DNA of 64,000 nt from an uncultured Clostridia bacterium (lineage in GTDB: Bacteria; Bacillota; Clostridia; Christensenellales; CAG-917). The DNA lies in the NCBI GenBank assembly GCA_944332815.1, contig CALVKQ010000004.1:69319-133318 (forward strand). Direction: 5' to 3'. Numbering within the stretch: position 1 is the first letter of the stretch; each line of letters opens with the position of its first letter. Below, piece by piece: positions 20,536-29,329 of the stretch. A program made the translations under genes and the position numbers. Under the pieces are notes generated by a model. It was not told the DNA's origin and made no database searches. It was given only the letters and a program-made list of their open reading frames with translations.

Positions 20536-21888
20536 TCAGAACTCTATGCGGAAAGAGGTGCCTTCTCCCAGCACGCTGCGGACGGTCAGTTTCCAGCCTG
20601 CGCGGTCGCACAGTTTTTTGACTACGGCGAGCCCCAGCCCGAAGCCGCCGTGCTTTCCGCCGTGGGATCTGTCCACGGTGAAGAAGCGCGCGAACACGCG
20701 TTTGAGGTCCTCCTCCGAGATGCCTATCCCGGTGTCCGACACCTCCGCATACGGCGTCTTGCCGGCTCTCACCACCACGGATATGCTGCCGTTTTCCTTG
20801 TTGTATTTGGTGGCGTTGCGGATGAGGTTGCCGAATATCTCCGCAAGGCGTTCCGTGCGCGTGGGCACGATGACCGCCTCTTCCGCATCCACCGTCAGAG
20901 TGAGTCCGCGCCCTTCTATGTCCGCGCGCAGCGATTCCGCCGTTTCGCGCGCGGCGAGGGCAACGTCGCAGTCGTAGCAGGGCAGTTCGTCGTTGTCGAG
21001 CTCGTTGAAGTTGATGATGCTGGCGATGAGCCCGGACAGCCTGTCCGCCTGCGTTTTTATGATGCGGTACGCTTTTTTCTGCGTTTCCTCGTCCAGGTCG
21101 CCGTGTTCCAGCAGTTCCGCAAACCCCTTTATGCTGGTGAGAGGGGTGTTCATTTCGTGCGAGATGTTGGAGATGAACTCGTTTTTGGATTCGGTGGCGC
21201 GCGCTACGCGCTGCTGTTCCTCGTTTATCACGTTCAGCTGCGCGCGTATCTCCTCGTTTTTCTTGTTCAGGATGTCCGCGATGGGGTAGAGCTCGCGGTA
21301 CTTGGTGGAAAGGGGCGCGGTGCCTTTGGAGCTGCGCGCTAGTTCCTCTACGGGTTTTAAGGCGTAATTGGTGGCAAAGTAAGAGAACACCAGGCAGACC
21401 AGCACGTCCAGCACCAAAAACCACGCCAGCGAAGGCAGCGAGTCCACCACAGTGTCCGACTGCGAGCTCGTGGCGATGCCCAGGCGCACCAGTCCGTTAT
21501 CCGTGCGCTTGCAGACGTAGAGCATATCCTCTCCCGTCGTGTCCGAACGGCGCGTTGACCATCCCTCTCCCGAAAGCATGGCGGCAGCCACTTCCTCCCT
21601 CGTCGCGCGCGATTCGCCCACGGGCACGCCGAAGCTGTCGCCTGTGACATTGCCTTCCGAGTCCATGAACGTGACGCGCATCCCTCCGAGAGATGCCGAG
21701 AGCGCCTGCGCCGCGGAAGCGCCGCCGTCCGCGATATCTTCAGCGGTCAGCGCGTTGAGCTGCGTGGTGACTATTCCGCGTGTGTTGGTGATGAGAGAGC
21801 GGTAAGAAACATTGGCGGTGACGACGGAAAATATCACCAGCCCGACAATCGTGATGATCAAGGAAGCAAGCAGAAGTCGCCTTCTCAT
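20536..21888 (-). CDS. Sensor histidine kinase (PhoR-like)
   Basis: H-box ISHEMNTPLTSIKGF, N-box NLIRNATKY, G-boxes DTGIGI and GGFGLGLAVV, plus N-terminal TM helices. Confidence 0.9.
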   Translation of the reverse strand: MRRRLLLASLIITIVGLVIFSVVTANVSYRSLITNTRGIVTTQLNALTAEDIADGGASAAQALSASLGGMRVTFMDSEGNVTGDSFGVPVGESRATREEVAAAMLSGEGWSTRRSDTTGEDMLYVCKRTDNGLVRLGIATSSQSDTVVDSLPSLAWFLVLDVLVCLVFSYFATNYALKPVEELARSSKGTAPLSTKYRELYPIADILNKKNEEIRAQLNVINEEQQRVARATESKNEFISNISHEMNTPLTSIKGFAELLEHGDLDEETQKKAYRIIKTQADRLSGLIASIINFNELDNDELPCYDCDVALAARETAESLRADIEGRGLTLTVDAEEAVIVPTRTERLAEIFGNLIRNATKYNKENGSISVVVRAGKTPYAEVSDTGIGISEEDLKRVFARFFTVDRSHGGKHGGFGLGLAVVKKLCDRAGWKLTVRSVLGEGTSFRIEF

Positions 21889-22538
21889 TCCGATTTGAAC
21901 TTATAGCCCACCCCGAAGACGGTTTCGTAGTTGAAACCCAGCTTGCGGAGGTGACTGACGTAATTGTCTATGGTACGGGTCTCGCCGCCTTCGTAGCCCC
22001 AGACATTGGAGAGCAGTTCGTCGCGCGTCAGCACCTTATCGGGGTTTTCCAAGGAGTATTGCAACAGTTTGAATTCCTTGCCGGAGAGGGAAACCTCCTT
22101 GCCGTTCAGGGTGACGGACATTTTTTCGCAGTCCATGGTCACGCCGCCCACTTGCAGCAGAACGGGCTTTTTCTTTATCCTGCGGAAGACGGCGGCTATC
22201 TTGGCGGAAAATTCCAGGATGCCGAAAGGTTTTGCGATGTAATCGTCCGCGCCGAGGTTGAGCCCCGTGACCTTGTCCGACTCCTTTCCCAGGGCGGAGA
22301 GCATGATGCAATACACCTCGGGGTGCTTTTTTTTGAGGCGCGTGAGCACGTCCAGCCCGTTGCCGTCGGGAAGCATGATGTCCAGCACCGCGATGGAAGG
22401 GGGATCGAGCGCCGCCGCGTCCTCGAAAGCTCTCACCGTGCCGAAAGTGCGGCAGTCTATGCCGCCGAGCTGCAAGGTGCATTTGACGAGGTCGCATATG
22501 CCGTCGTCGTCTTCGAGCAGAAAAACCGTCTTTTCCAT
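21885..22538 (-). CDS. OmpR/PhoB-family response regulator
   Basis: MEKTVFLLEDDDGICDL...VLDIMLPDGNGLD and a C-terminal winged-helix domain. The stop overlaps the kinase start. The internal ATG at 22538 has RBS ggagg. Confidence 0.9.
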   Translation of the reverse strand: MEKTVFLLEDDDGICDLVKCTLQLGGIDCRTFGTVRAFEDAAALDPPSIAVLDIMLPDGNGLDVLTRLKKKHPEVYCIMLSALGKESDKVTGLNLGADDYIAKPFGILEFSAKIAAVFRRIKKKPVLLQVGGVTMDCEKMSVTLNGKEVSLSGKEFKLLQYSLENPDKVLTRDELLSNVWGYEGGETRTIDNYVSHLRKLGFNYETVFGVGYKFKSE

Positions 22539-22549
22539 GTTCCTCCGTG

Positions 22550-24325
22550 TCAGCCCTGATCCGAAGAGTGCGCGATATAATTGAGATGGTCGCCCACGCG
22601 TTCGAGGTTGCACACCAGATTGACGAACACGCCGCTGCTTTCGGGGCGGCACTCGCCGCTGCCCAACCTTGCAACGTGATCTTTGATGAGGCGTTTACGT
22701 TTGGCGTCGATCTCGTTTTCCATGGCGTCTATCTCTTCCAGTTCGTCCACCGCGCCGGAAGTCATTATGCCGCCTGCCTTGACGGACATCTTTTCCAGCA
22801 GCTCGAACATATCCCTGACCTCATCCTTGACTTTGGGGGAGAAGTAAAGGCTGTCCTTTTCGGTGCGCCTGGTATATTTGGTGACATTCTGCGCCAGCTC
22901 GCCCACGCGGTGTATATCCCCGAGGCAGGAGTGCAGCGCGGCGATGCGCTTTTCCGTTTCCAGGGTGGAGTCGTAAGCCGAGATCTGCACCAGATAGGAG
23001 TCTATCCCTGCGAGCGTCCCGTCCACTTCCTCGTTGAGTTTGGTCACCGTTTCCGTCTTGGAGGTGTCCTGCTCTATAAAACCGTCCACCGCGGTGCGCA
23101 GGGTCTTTATTGCCTTTTCGAGCGCTACGGCAGCTTCCTCCGTCGCGCTGTCCACGGCGAGCGCGGGGGTGGGGAGCAGACGTTTGTCCAACCTGGACGG
23201 AGCGGCTTCGCCATCCTCCTGCGCCTTTCTCGGGCGCACCATCAACTCCGCAAGTTTGACCAGCCCGTTAGTGAAGGGCAGGAAGAGTATGGTGCTGATG
23301 ACGTTGAAGAAGGTGTGGAACATCGCTATCTGCGTGCCGGGGTTGTCGGGGAACCAGGATTCCAGCGTCACTCTGTTCATGTCCGGCCAGCATACCATAA
23401 CGATGAAGAAGATGATGGAGCCTATGACGTTGAACAGCAGATGTATGACCGCGGCGCGCTTGGCGTTGACGGACGTCCCTATGCAGGAGAGCAGCGCGGT
23501 GACGCAGGTGCCGATGTTGGTGCCCAGCACGACGTACATGACCGCGTTGCCGCCTCCGCCTATTATGATGCCGCTCTCCGCCATGGCGATGAGTATGACC
23601 GTGACGGCGGAGGAACTCTGTATTATCGCGGTGATGGCGATGCCGAGGAAGAAGAGCAGGAAGGGGTTGGTTATGCTCGCGAACAGATCCACGATGACCT
23701 GGCTTTCCTGGAAGAAATCCATGCTCGCGTCCATGACGTCCAACCCGACGAACACCAGCCCCAGTCCTGCCACGGCATAGCATATCGTCTGCACTTTTTC
23801 CTTTTTGGTGGCGTAGGCGATGAGCACGCCTATGCCCGTCAGCCCCATGGCGAACGTGGCGACGTCGAAAGCGGAGAGCGCCGCTATCTGCGCCGTGATG
23901 GTGGTGCCGATGTTCGCGCCCATCGTGATAGTGGCGGCTTGCGTCAGGGTCATGACCCCTGCGTTGACCAGACCGACCACCATGACGGTGGTGAGGGAGG
24001 AACTCTGTATCACCGCGGTGACGGCGGTGCCTATGCCCACGCCTGCGAGATTGGCGGACCACTCCTTGGTCTTTGCGCGGAGTTTTGCTTTGCGCCGTTC
24101 CTTTTTGGCGTCGCCTGCCGAGCCGGTGTCGGACGCCGTTTTGGCGTCGTCTGACGAGTCGGCGGCGGATGCCGCTGCCGCAACGGGTTTTGCGGAAGCG
24201 CGGTGGAAGAGGGAGCGCATCTTTCCCGTTGCGAGCTTCTCCATGTTGTCGGAGAGCAGTTTGACGCCTATAAGAAAAGCGCCCAGACCGGCAAGGAGCT
24301 CAAATACTGCGTAAACGTAATCCAT
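22550..24325 (-). CDS. Na/Pi-cotransporter-family protein with a C-terminal PhoU-like domain
   Basis: Duplicated QSSS motifs (VIQSSSLTTVMVVGLV and IIQSSSAVTVILIAM). The C-terminal helical PhoU-like repeats end in ERVGDHLNYIA. Confidence 0.88.
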   Translation of the reverse strand: MDYVYAVFELLAGLGAFLIGVKLLSDNMEKLATGKMRSLFHRASAKPVAAAASAADSSDDAKTASDTGSAGDAKKERRKAKLRAKTKEWSANLAGVGIGTAVTAVIQSSSLTTVMVVGLVNAGVMTLTQAATITMGANIGTTITAQIAALSAFDVATFAMGLTGIGVLIAYATKKEKVQTICYAVAGLGLVFVGLDVMDASMDFFQESQVIVDLFASITNPFLLFFLGIAITAIIQSSSAVTVILIAMAESGIIIGGGGNAVMYVVLGTNIGTCVTALLSCIGTSVNAKRAAVIHLLFNVIGSIIFFIVMVCWPDMNRVTLESWFPDNPGTQIAMFHTFFNVISTILFLPFTNGLVKLAELMVRPRKAQEDGEAAPSRLDKRLLPTPALAVDSATEEAAVALEKAIKTLRTAVDGFIEQDTSKTETVTKLNEEVDGTLAGIDSYLVQISAYDSTLETEKRIAALHSCLGDIHRVGELAQNVTKYTRRTEKDSLYFSPKVKDEVRDMFELLEKMSVKAGGIMTSGAVDELEEIDAMENEIDAKRKRLIKDHVARLGSGECRPESSGVFVNLVCNLERVGDHLNYIAHSSDQG

Positions 24326-24698
24326 GTTTCACCGTTGTCCCTGATTTAGACCGGAACGGAACCGTTCCGTATCGCGCTGTCCCACATCGACGCGCGCACC
24401 GTTCATTCAGCTTGATTCAAGTCTAACACGGAATATGTCATTTAGTTGTCACAAAAATGTAAAAAAGCGTTCCTCCGCGAATTATGTCCTCGGACGCGCA
24501 GTAAACAGTGGCGTAAGCGCTCCGGTCCGCGGCAACCCGTTTCGGGACGGGTATGTTGCGGCGCGCGACATCTGTTAAGATAATACAATGTGCGTTCAAC
24601 GCTTGACTTTTTTTAAGATAATTTAATAATATAGCGTTAGTCATCATAATAAGACGGGCGCGTGTCGGCGCGCAAAACAAGCTAACAAAAGGTGAAAG

Positions 24699-27665
24699 AT
24701 GCTTAAACTGGTCAATATCACAAAGGAATACAAGACGGAGGAGGAGAGCGTTCTCGCGTTGCGAGGCGTTTCCATCGAGTTCCGCAAGAGCGAATTCGTT
24801 TCCATCCTCGGACCCTCCGGCTGCGGCAAGACCACCCTTCTCAACATCGTGGGCGGGCTGGACCGCTACACGGACGGCGACATACAGGTGGACGGCGTGT
24901 CCACCAAAAAATACCGCGATGAGGATTGGGACACTTACCGCAACAGGCGCATAGGTTTCGTCTTCCAGTCCTACAACCTCATCCCTCATATGACAGTGCT
25001 CAAAAACGTGCAACTCAGCCTCACTCTCGCAGGCGTTCCCAAGGAGGAGGGCAGAGAGAGGGCGTTGGAAGCGCTGCGCAAAGTCGGGCTGGAAAAGCAG
25101 GCGAAGAAAAAGCCTAACCAGATGTCGGGCGGTCAGATGCAGCGCGTCGCGATAGCGCGCGCCCTGGTCAACGACCCCGACATCATCCTCGCGGACGAAC
25201 CCACCGGCGCGCTGGACAGCGAGTCGGGCGTGCAGGTCATGGAGCTGCTCAAAGAGGTCGCGCGCGACAGGCTGGTCGTCATGGTCACCCACAACGGACA
25301 GCTCGCGGACGAGTACAGCACGCGTATCATCAACCTGAAAGACGGTGAAGTGGTGGGCGACACGATGCCTTACGACAGCGCCGCCGAGAGCGCCGCGCAA
25401 GCGAGCGAAATGACGGAAAACGGCGTTCAAACTGCCGAAAACGGTGTTTCAGCCGCAGAAACGGGCAATTACGCGGCATATGACGAAAACGGTATGCCTT
25501 ACGGCGACGGCGAATATTACACCGGCGAGGCAGGCGATTACGCGGCATATGACGAGAACGGCGCGCCCTACGGCGACGGAGCTTATTACGGTGAGAACGG
25601 CGCGCCCTACGGCGACGGGGCATATTACGACGAAAACGCCGCCGCGCAGCAGAGCGCAGAACAGGCGTCCCCCGAGCCTCCCAAAAAGAAGAATATATTC
25701 GCGAGGATAGGGGATAAGATCCGCGCTTTCCGCAAACGCGAGAAGTCCTATATGTCCATAGGCACGGCGGTCAATCTGTCCTGGACCAACCTGCTCAGCA
25801 AGAAGGGGCGCACTTTGCTCACCTCCATCGCAGGCAGCATAGGCATCATCGGCATCGTGGTCGTGCTCGCGCTCTCCAACGGCGTGAACGGTTACATCTC
25901 CGCGCTGGAAGAGAACGCGCTTTCGCAATACCCCATCACCATAAACGACCGCGACGTGTCTTTGCAGAACGTCATGAACACAGTTTTAGGCGGTTCCTCC
26001 GGGGTAGGGGAACAGTATCCCGACAGCGGCGAGCTGGTGGTAGGCGACGTGCTGGGCTCTCTGTTTGCGGAGATGGACGAGATATTCGCCGAAAACGACC
26101 TTAAAACTTTCAAAGCCTACATCGAGGATAACTTCGACGATTCGTTGGGCGTGGTAAAGTACGGCTACGGCACCACTCTCAACATCTACACCGAGGACCC
26201 GAAATCTCCCGATGAAAATTACATGAAGGTCAATCCCTTCACGGACGCCATGGGCTCCTTCCTCCCGACCGAGGGTGACTTCGCCGCGATTACGAGCATG
26301 GCGGAGGCGTTCACCGCGTCCTGGGATCAGATCAGCACCAATCAGGAACTTTTGGAGCGTCAGTACGACGTTGTAGCCGGCAGGTGGCCGGACCAGGATT
26401 CCGCAAACGAGATAATCGTGGTCATGGACAGCTACAACACCATCCCCGACTTCGGTATGTTCATGCTGGGGCTGCGTTCGCAGGACGACCTTGTGAATCT
26501 TATCAACTCCGCGCTCGATAAGGACGATGAGGAAACTCAAAAGCTGTTGGAAGAGTTTTACAAGCCCATCAAGCTGGAAGGGGACGGCGGATTGGTCGGC
26601 AAGAAGTATTACGTCATCACCGACGCGGACTATTTCATCGAAGACGAAAGTTCCTCCTTCGGCTATACCGAAACGGACAGGGGAGCTACGGACAAGGAAA
26701 CCGTGGACGCCGTGTTCGAAGCCAACGGGGTGCAGGAGCTGGAGATAGTCGGCGTCGTGCGTCCCAAACCCGGTGTGACCGTCACCTCCATCAACGGATA
26801 TGTCGGCTACACGGAGGCGCTCACCCTCGCCATGCTGGAAAAGGCGGAGTCCCACCCCATCGTCGAAATGATGAAGGAAGCCGCGCTCTCCATGGCGGCG
26901 GACGATGAGGATAAGGCAAACGGCATCGTCACCGCGGACAATTTCAGAGGCTGGGTATCTCCCGTCGCTCTGAAACAGGCAGTCAGCGTTCCCGGCGCGT
27001 TGTTCGGCGACGAGAAGAAGGTCGTCACGGTGGGCACGCGCTTGGGCAGGGATGATTACGCCGCTTATGTCGCGATAATGCGCGCGGTAGGTGTGGCGGA
27101 TCCTGCCTCGCCGCAGTCCATATCCTTCTACGCTAACTCATTCGACCATAAAGCGGAGATAGAGCAGTTCATACAGACCTACATCGACACCACGGGCAAC
27201 GACTTGAAGTACACCGATCAGCTGGCGATCATGATGGCGTTCGTGGAGCAGCTCAGTTCCACTGTCACGCAGGTGCTGGTGGGCTTCGCGGCGATATCCT
27301 TAATAGTGTCCACCATCATGATAGCCATCATCATCTACACCTCCGTGCTCGAACGCAGGAAGGAGATAGGCGTGCTGCGAAGTTTGGGTGCGCGAAAGAA
27401 GGATATTGCGCGCGTGTTCATTTCTGAGTCCGCCATCCTTGGGGCGTACTCGGGCGCGATAGGCATCGTGGTCGCGGTGGCGTTCTCCTTCGCAGGCAGC
27501 GCGATACTGGCGGCGGTGCTGGGAATAAGCGGACTGATGAGCGTGTCGTGGTGGCAATGTCTTGTGATGTTCGCAGTCAGTGTGGCGCTCAGTATATTGG
27601 CAGGTTTCATCCCGTCGCGCATCGCGTCCAAGAAAGACCCGACAGTCGCGCTCAGGAGCGAATAA
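24699..27665 (+). CDS. Fused ABC transporter: ATPase, Tyr/Gly/Asp-repeat linker, MacB/FtsX-type permease (988 aa); paralog of 11156..14485
   Basis: The N-terminus MLKLVNITKEYK...GPSGCGKTTLLNIVGGLDRYTDGD is nearly identical to the other copy. Also present: MSGGQMQRVAIARA, ILADEPTGALD, RRKEIGVLRSLGARK. Confidence 0.9.
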   Translation: MLKLVNITKEYKTEEESVLALRGVSIEFRKSEFVSILGPSGCGKTTLLNIVGGLDRYTDGDIQVDGVSTKKYRDEDWDTYRNRRIGFVFQSYNLIPHMTVLKNVQLSLTLAGVPKEEGRERALEALRKVGLEKQAKKKPNQMSGGQMQRVAIARALVNDPDIILADEPTGALDSESGVQVMELLKEVARDRLVVMVTHNGQLADEYSTRIINLKDGEVVGDTMPYDSAAESAAQASEMTENGVQTAENGVSAAETGNYAAYDENGMPYGDGEYYTGEAGDYAAYDENGAPYGDGAYYGENGAPYGDGAYYDENAAAQQSAEQASPEPPKKKNIFARIGDKIRAFRKREKSYMSIGTAVNLSWTNLLSKKGRTLLTSIAGSIGIIGIVVVLALSNGVNGYISALEENALSQYPITINDRDVSLQNVMNTVLGGSSGVGEQYPDSGELVVGDVLGSLFAEMDEIFAENDLKTFKAYIEDNFDDSLGVVKYGYGTTLNIYTEDPKSPDENYMKVNPFTDAMGSFLPTEGDFAAITSMAEAFTASWDQISTNQELLERQYDVVAGRWPDQDSANEIIVVMDSYNTIPDFGMFMLGLRSQDDLVNLINSALDKDDEETQKLLEEFYKPIKLEGDGGLVGKKYYVITDADYFIEDESSSFGYTETDRGATDKETVDAVFEANGVQELEIVGVVRPKPGVTVTSINGYVGYTEALTLAMLEKAESHPIVEMMKEAALSMAADDEDKANGIVTADNFRGWVSPVALKQAVSVPGALFGDEKKVVTVGTRLGRDDYAAYVAIMRAVGVADPASPQSISFYANSFDHKAEIEQFIQTYIDTTGNDLKYTDQLAIMMAFVEQLSSTVTQVLVGFAAISLIVSTIMIAIIIYTSVLERRKEIGVLRSLGARKKDIARVFISESAILGAYSGAIGIVVAVAFSFAGSAILAAVLGISGLMSVSWWQCLVMFAVSVALSILAGFIPSRIASKKDPTVALRSE
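25468..25628 (+). repeat. In-frame tandem DNA repeat inside the ABC linker, encoding (D)YAAYDENG(M/A)PYGDG(E/A)YY units
   Basis: attacgcggcatatgacgaRaacgg...ccNtacggcgacgg...tattac occurs at 25468..25520 and at 25537..25589. A shorter third unit lies at 25590..25628. Confidence 0.8.
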
Positions 27666-27817
27666 AGCGTATATCCCCCGTCGGAAGGCGGGGGTATTCA
27701 TTAAAATTGCGAATATTTTCACCGCATGGGTTGAAAATAAAACGAGCGCATTATATAATGCGTGCGAAAAATCGGGTGTCGGGCGCGCCCCGTCACTACT
27801 TTATATGAGGTGATATC

Positions 27818-28339
27818 ATGGCTGAAAAAATCAAAAAAACCGTCAAGCCTACCGACAGCAACGTCATGCTGTGTCTGCTGTTCCTCGTCCTCGGCGTGCT
27901 GTTCGTGTGGCAGGGGGCAGGCATCATCGGCACCGCAATGATGATAATCGGCGTCATCCTGACCGTGCTTGGGCTCTTTGAACTCTTCAATCAGAATTGG
28001 ATCATGGGCATCATAGAGGTGATCCTGGGCGTCGCGTTGATAGTCATCGCAGCGACCGTCGGGGCACAGATCATGCTCCTTCTGCTCGGCATCGCCATCC
28101 TGCTCTTTGCCGTGATAGTGTGCGTCCTGGGGTTCAAGAACTTCAAAGGCATGGCGACCGTCGCCAAAGTCCTCTTCATCCTCACCATTCTGCTCGCCGT
28201 CACCGTAGGCGTCCTCTTCATCGTCGCCTACGTCGAGGTCCCCCAAGGTCTGTTCATCGCCATCGGCGCCATAAGCCTTGCCGTCGGAGTGGTGATGTTG
28301 GTGAAGGCTGCGTTGACCAGCGGTCGCAAAACCGTCTAA
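27818..28339 (+). CDS. Multi-pass small membrane protein (DUF308/HdeD-like appearance)
   Basis: 173 aa, almost entirely hydrophobic helices; RBS-like gaggtga lies upstream. Confidence 0.7.
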   Translation: MAEKIKKTVKPTDSNVMLCLLFLVLGVLFVWQGAGIIGTAMMIIGVILTVLGLFELFNQNWIMGIIEVILGVALIVIAATVGAQIMLLLLGIAILLFAVIVCVLGFKNFKGMATVAKVLFILTILLAVTVGVLFIVAYVEVPQGLFIAIGAISLAVGVVMLVKAALTSGRKTV

Positions 28340-29305
28340 ACGGCGCTATTTGGCGCAGAACTTTGTCAACGCCCTTGTCGTGGATGCTCACGTACGTCAA
28401 TGTACGCTCCGCCTCCCGACAAGGGCGTTTTCGCGTTCTGCATCCAAATATCGCCGTTTAGTACAGGGGGAGTTGAAATTATTTTTCCAAACCCTATTCG
28501 AAGACGGGTAAATATCCCATACCCCACGCACACTTATTCGGAGCGTGCTTGATAAATTACTCTCTCATTCAAAGACGTAATTACGCGCCGCTCAGCCAAA
28601 CTTGCACCGTGGGCGAATTTTCGCTCACGCTTGCAAGTCGCGGCGCGTTCAACCCCGTACACGATGCGCACTTATTCGGAGCGGAGCCGCAACAGGCGGC
28701 GACCGTGTGAGTGCCGAGCGCTAGACGAATAGTGCGCCGGCAATGCGCCACTCTCTTCGCGCAGCGGGCGCATTGCAAGCGGCATAACATGGCGGCTCCG
28801 TAAAGGTGCCGTCCTCGGAAGCAATCGTGCGCGAGCGCCGAAGGTTTCCCCCAAAATGGTGGGTTCCCTTTTAAGGGGGAACGATTTTGGGGGAAACCCG
28901 AAGGAAGGGGGCAAACAATACTTAAAGGTATGAGGAATGTCCCCTTTCCCCGAAGGGAAGGAGGGGGGCTGTACTCCCATGTCAGGGGACGCCCCCAATT
29001 AAACTTTACTCCACACATGTACTGGAGTAGAGCGCTCTTTCTTAATTCGGGACAAACGGGGACGGGGCAAAAATGTTCAAATGTGGGCATGCAACCCCAC
29101 ATCTGAACATTTGCGCACCCAAACCCCACAAGTGGGTACCCCTGCTTTACCCCGTCCCCGTTGTGTCCCAACGCGTTCCTGTGCCGGTATAACGTGAAGC
29201 ATGAGTGTGCGTACCTGAACCCGACACTCATTATTCGAAGACGTAATCGCTCACTTACTCGGAGTGCGCTTGATCAATAATTCTCTTTTCAAAGGCGGAA
29301 TAAAG
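28336..29305 (+). repeat. Modular hairpin-repeat locus B: stop-codon-proximal 126-nt palindrome, ~75-nt unit, ACGCGCCGC hairpin, 250-nt core, G-rich module, a large branched hairpin and a terminal unit
   Basis: About 970 nt between convergent genes with no credible ORF. It is co-linear with 39807..40644 and partly with 10381..10760 (inverted). Confidence 0.8.
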
Positions 29306-29329
29306 CCCCATCCCTCAACGACGACGGGG

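Noticed and set aside
28336-28461. Integron attC sites / gene-cassette array.
   Set aside because: The structural resemblance is real, but the tips are CTAAAC/GTTTAG, not the RYYYAAC/GTTRRRY consensus. The two sites are 11 kb apart and follow ordinary core genes. No intI or Pc/attI is present. I kept it as a hypothesis to test, not a call.
28725-28800. Twister-like or other small self-cleaving ribozyme, or group II intron domain V, inside the 250-nt core (GCCGGCAATGCGCC ... AAGCGGCATAACATGG).
   Set aside because: Only short coincidental matches are present. The AAGC is not in a loop as twister requires, there is no CUGAUGA/GAAA hammerhead core, and there is no domain V AGC...GNRA hairpin.
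28581-29231. 216-aa (28581..29231 -) and 101-aa (40091..40396 -) Cys/Arg-rich ORFs inside repeat loci B and C, plus 28672..28998(-) and 40215..40457(-).
   Set aside because: They exist only because the DNA is duplicated. Between the copies, the frame is shifted and restored by two indels inside the hairpin (NAPRLASVSENS vs GRAATCKHGRCS), which is inconsistent with protein-level constraint. They have no RBS and no recognisable domain, and the start positions differ between copies.
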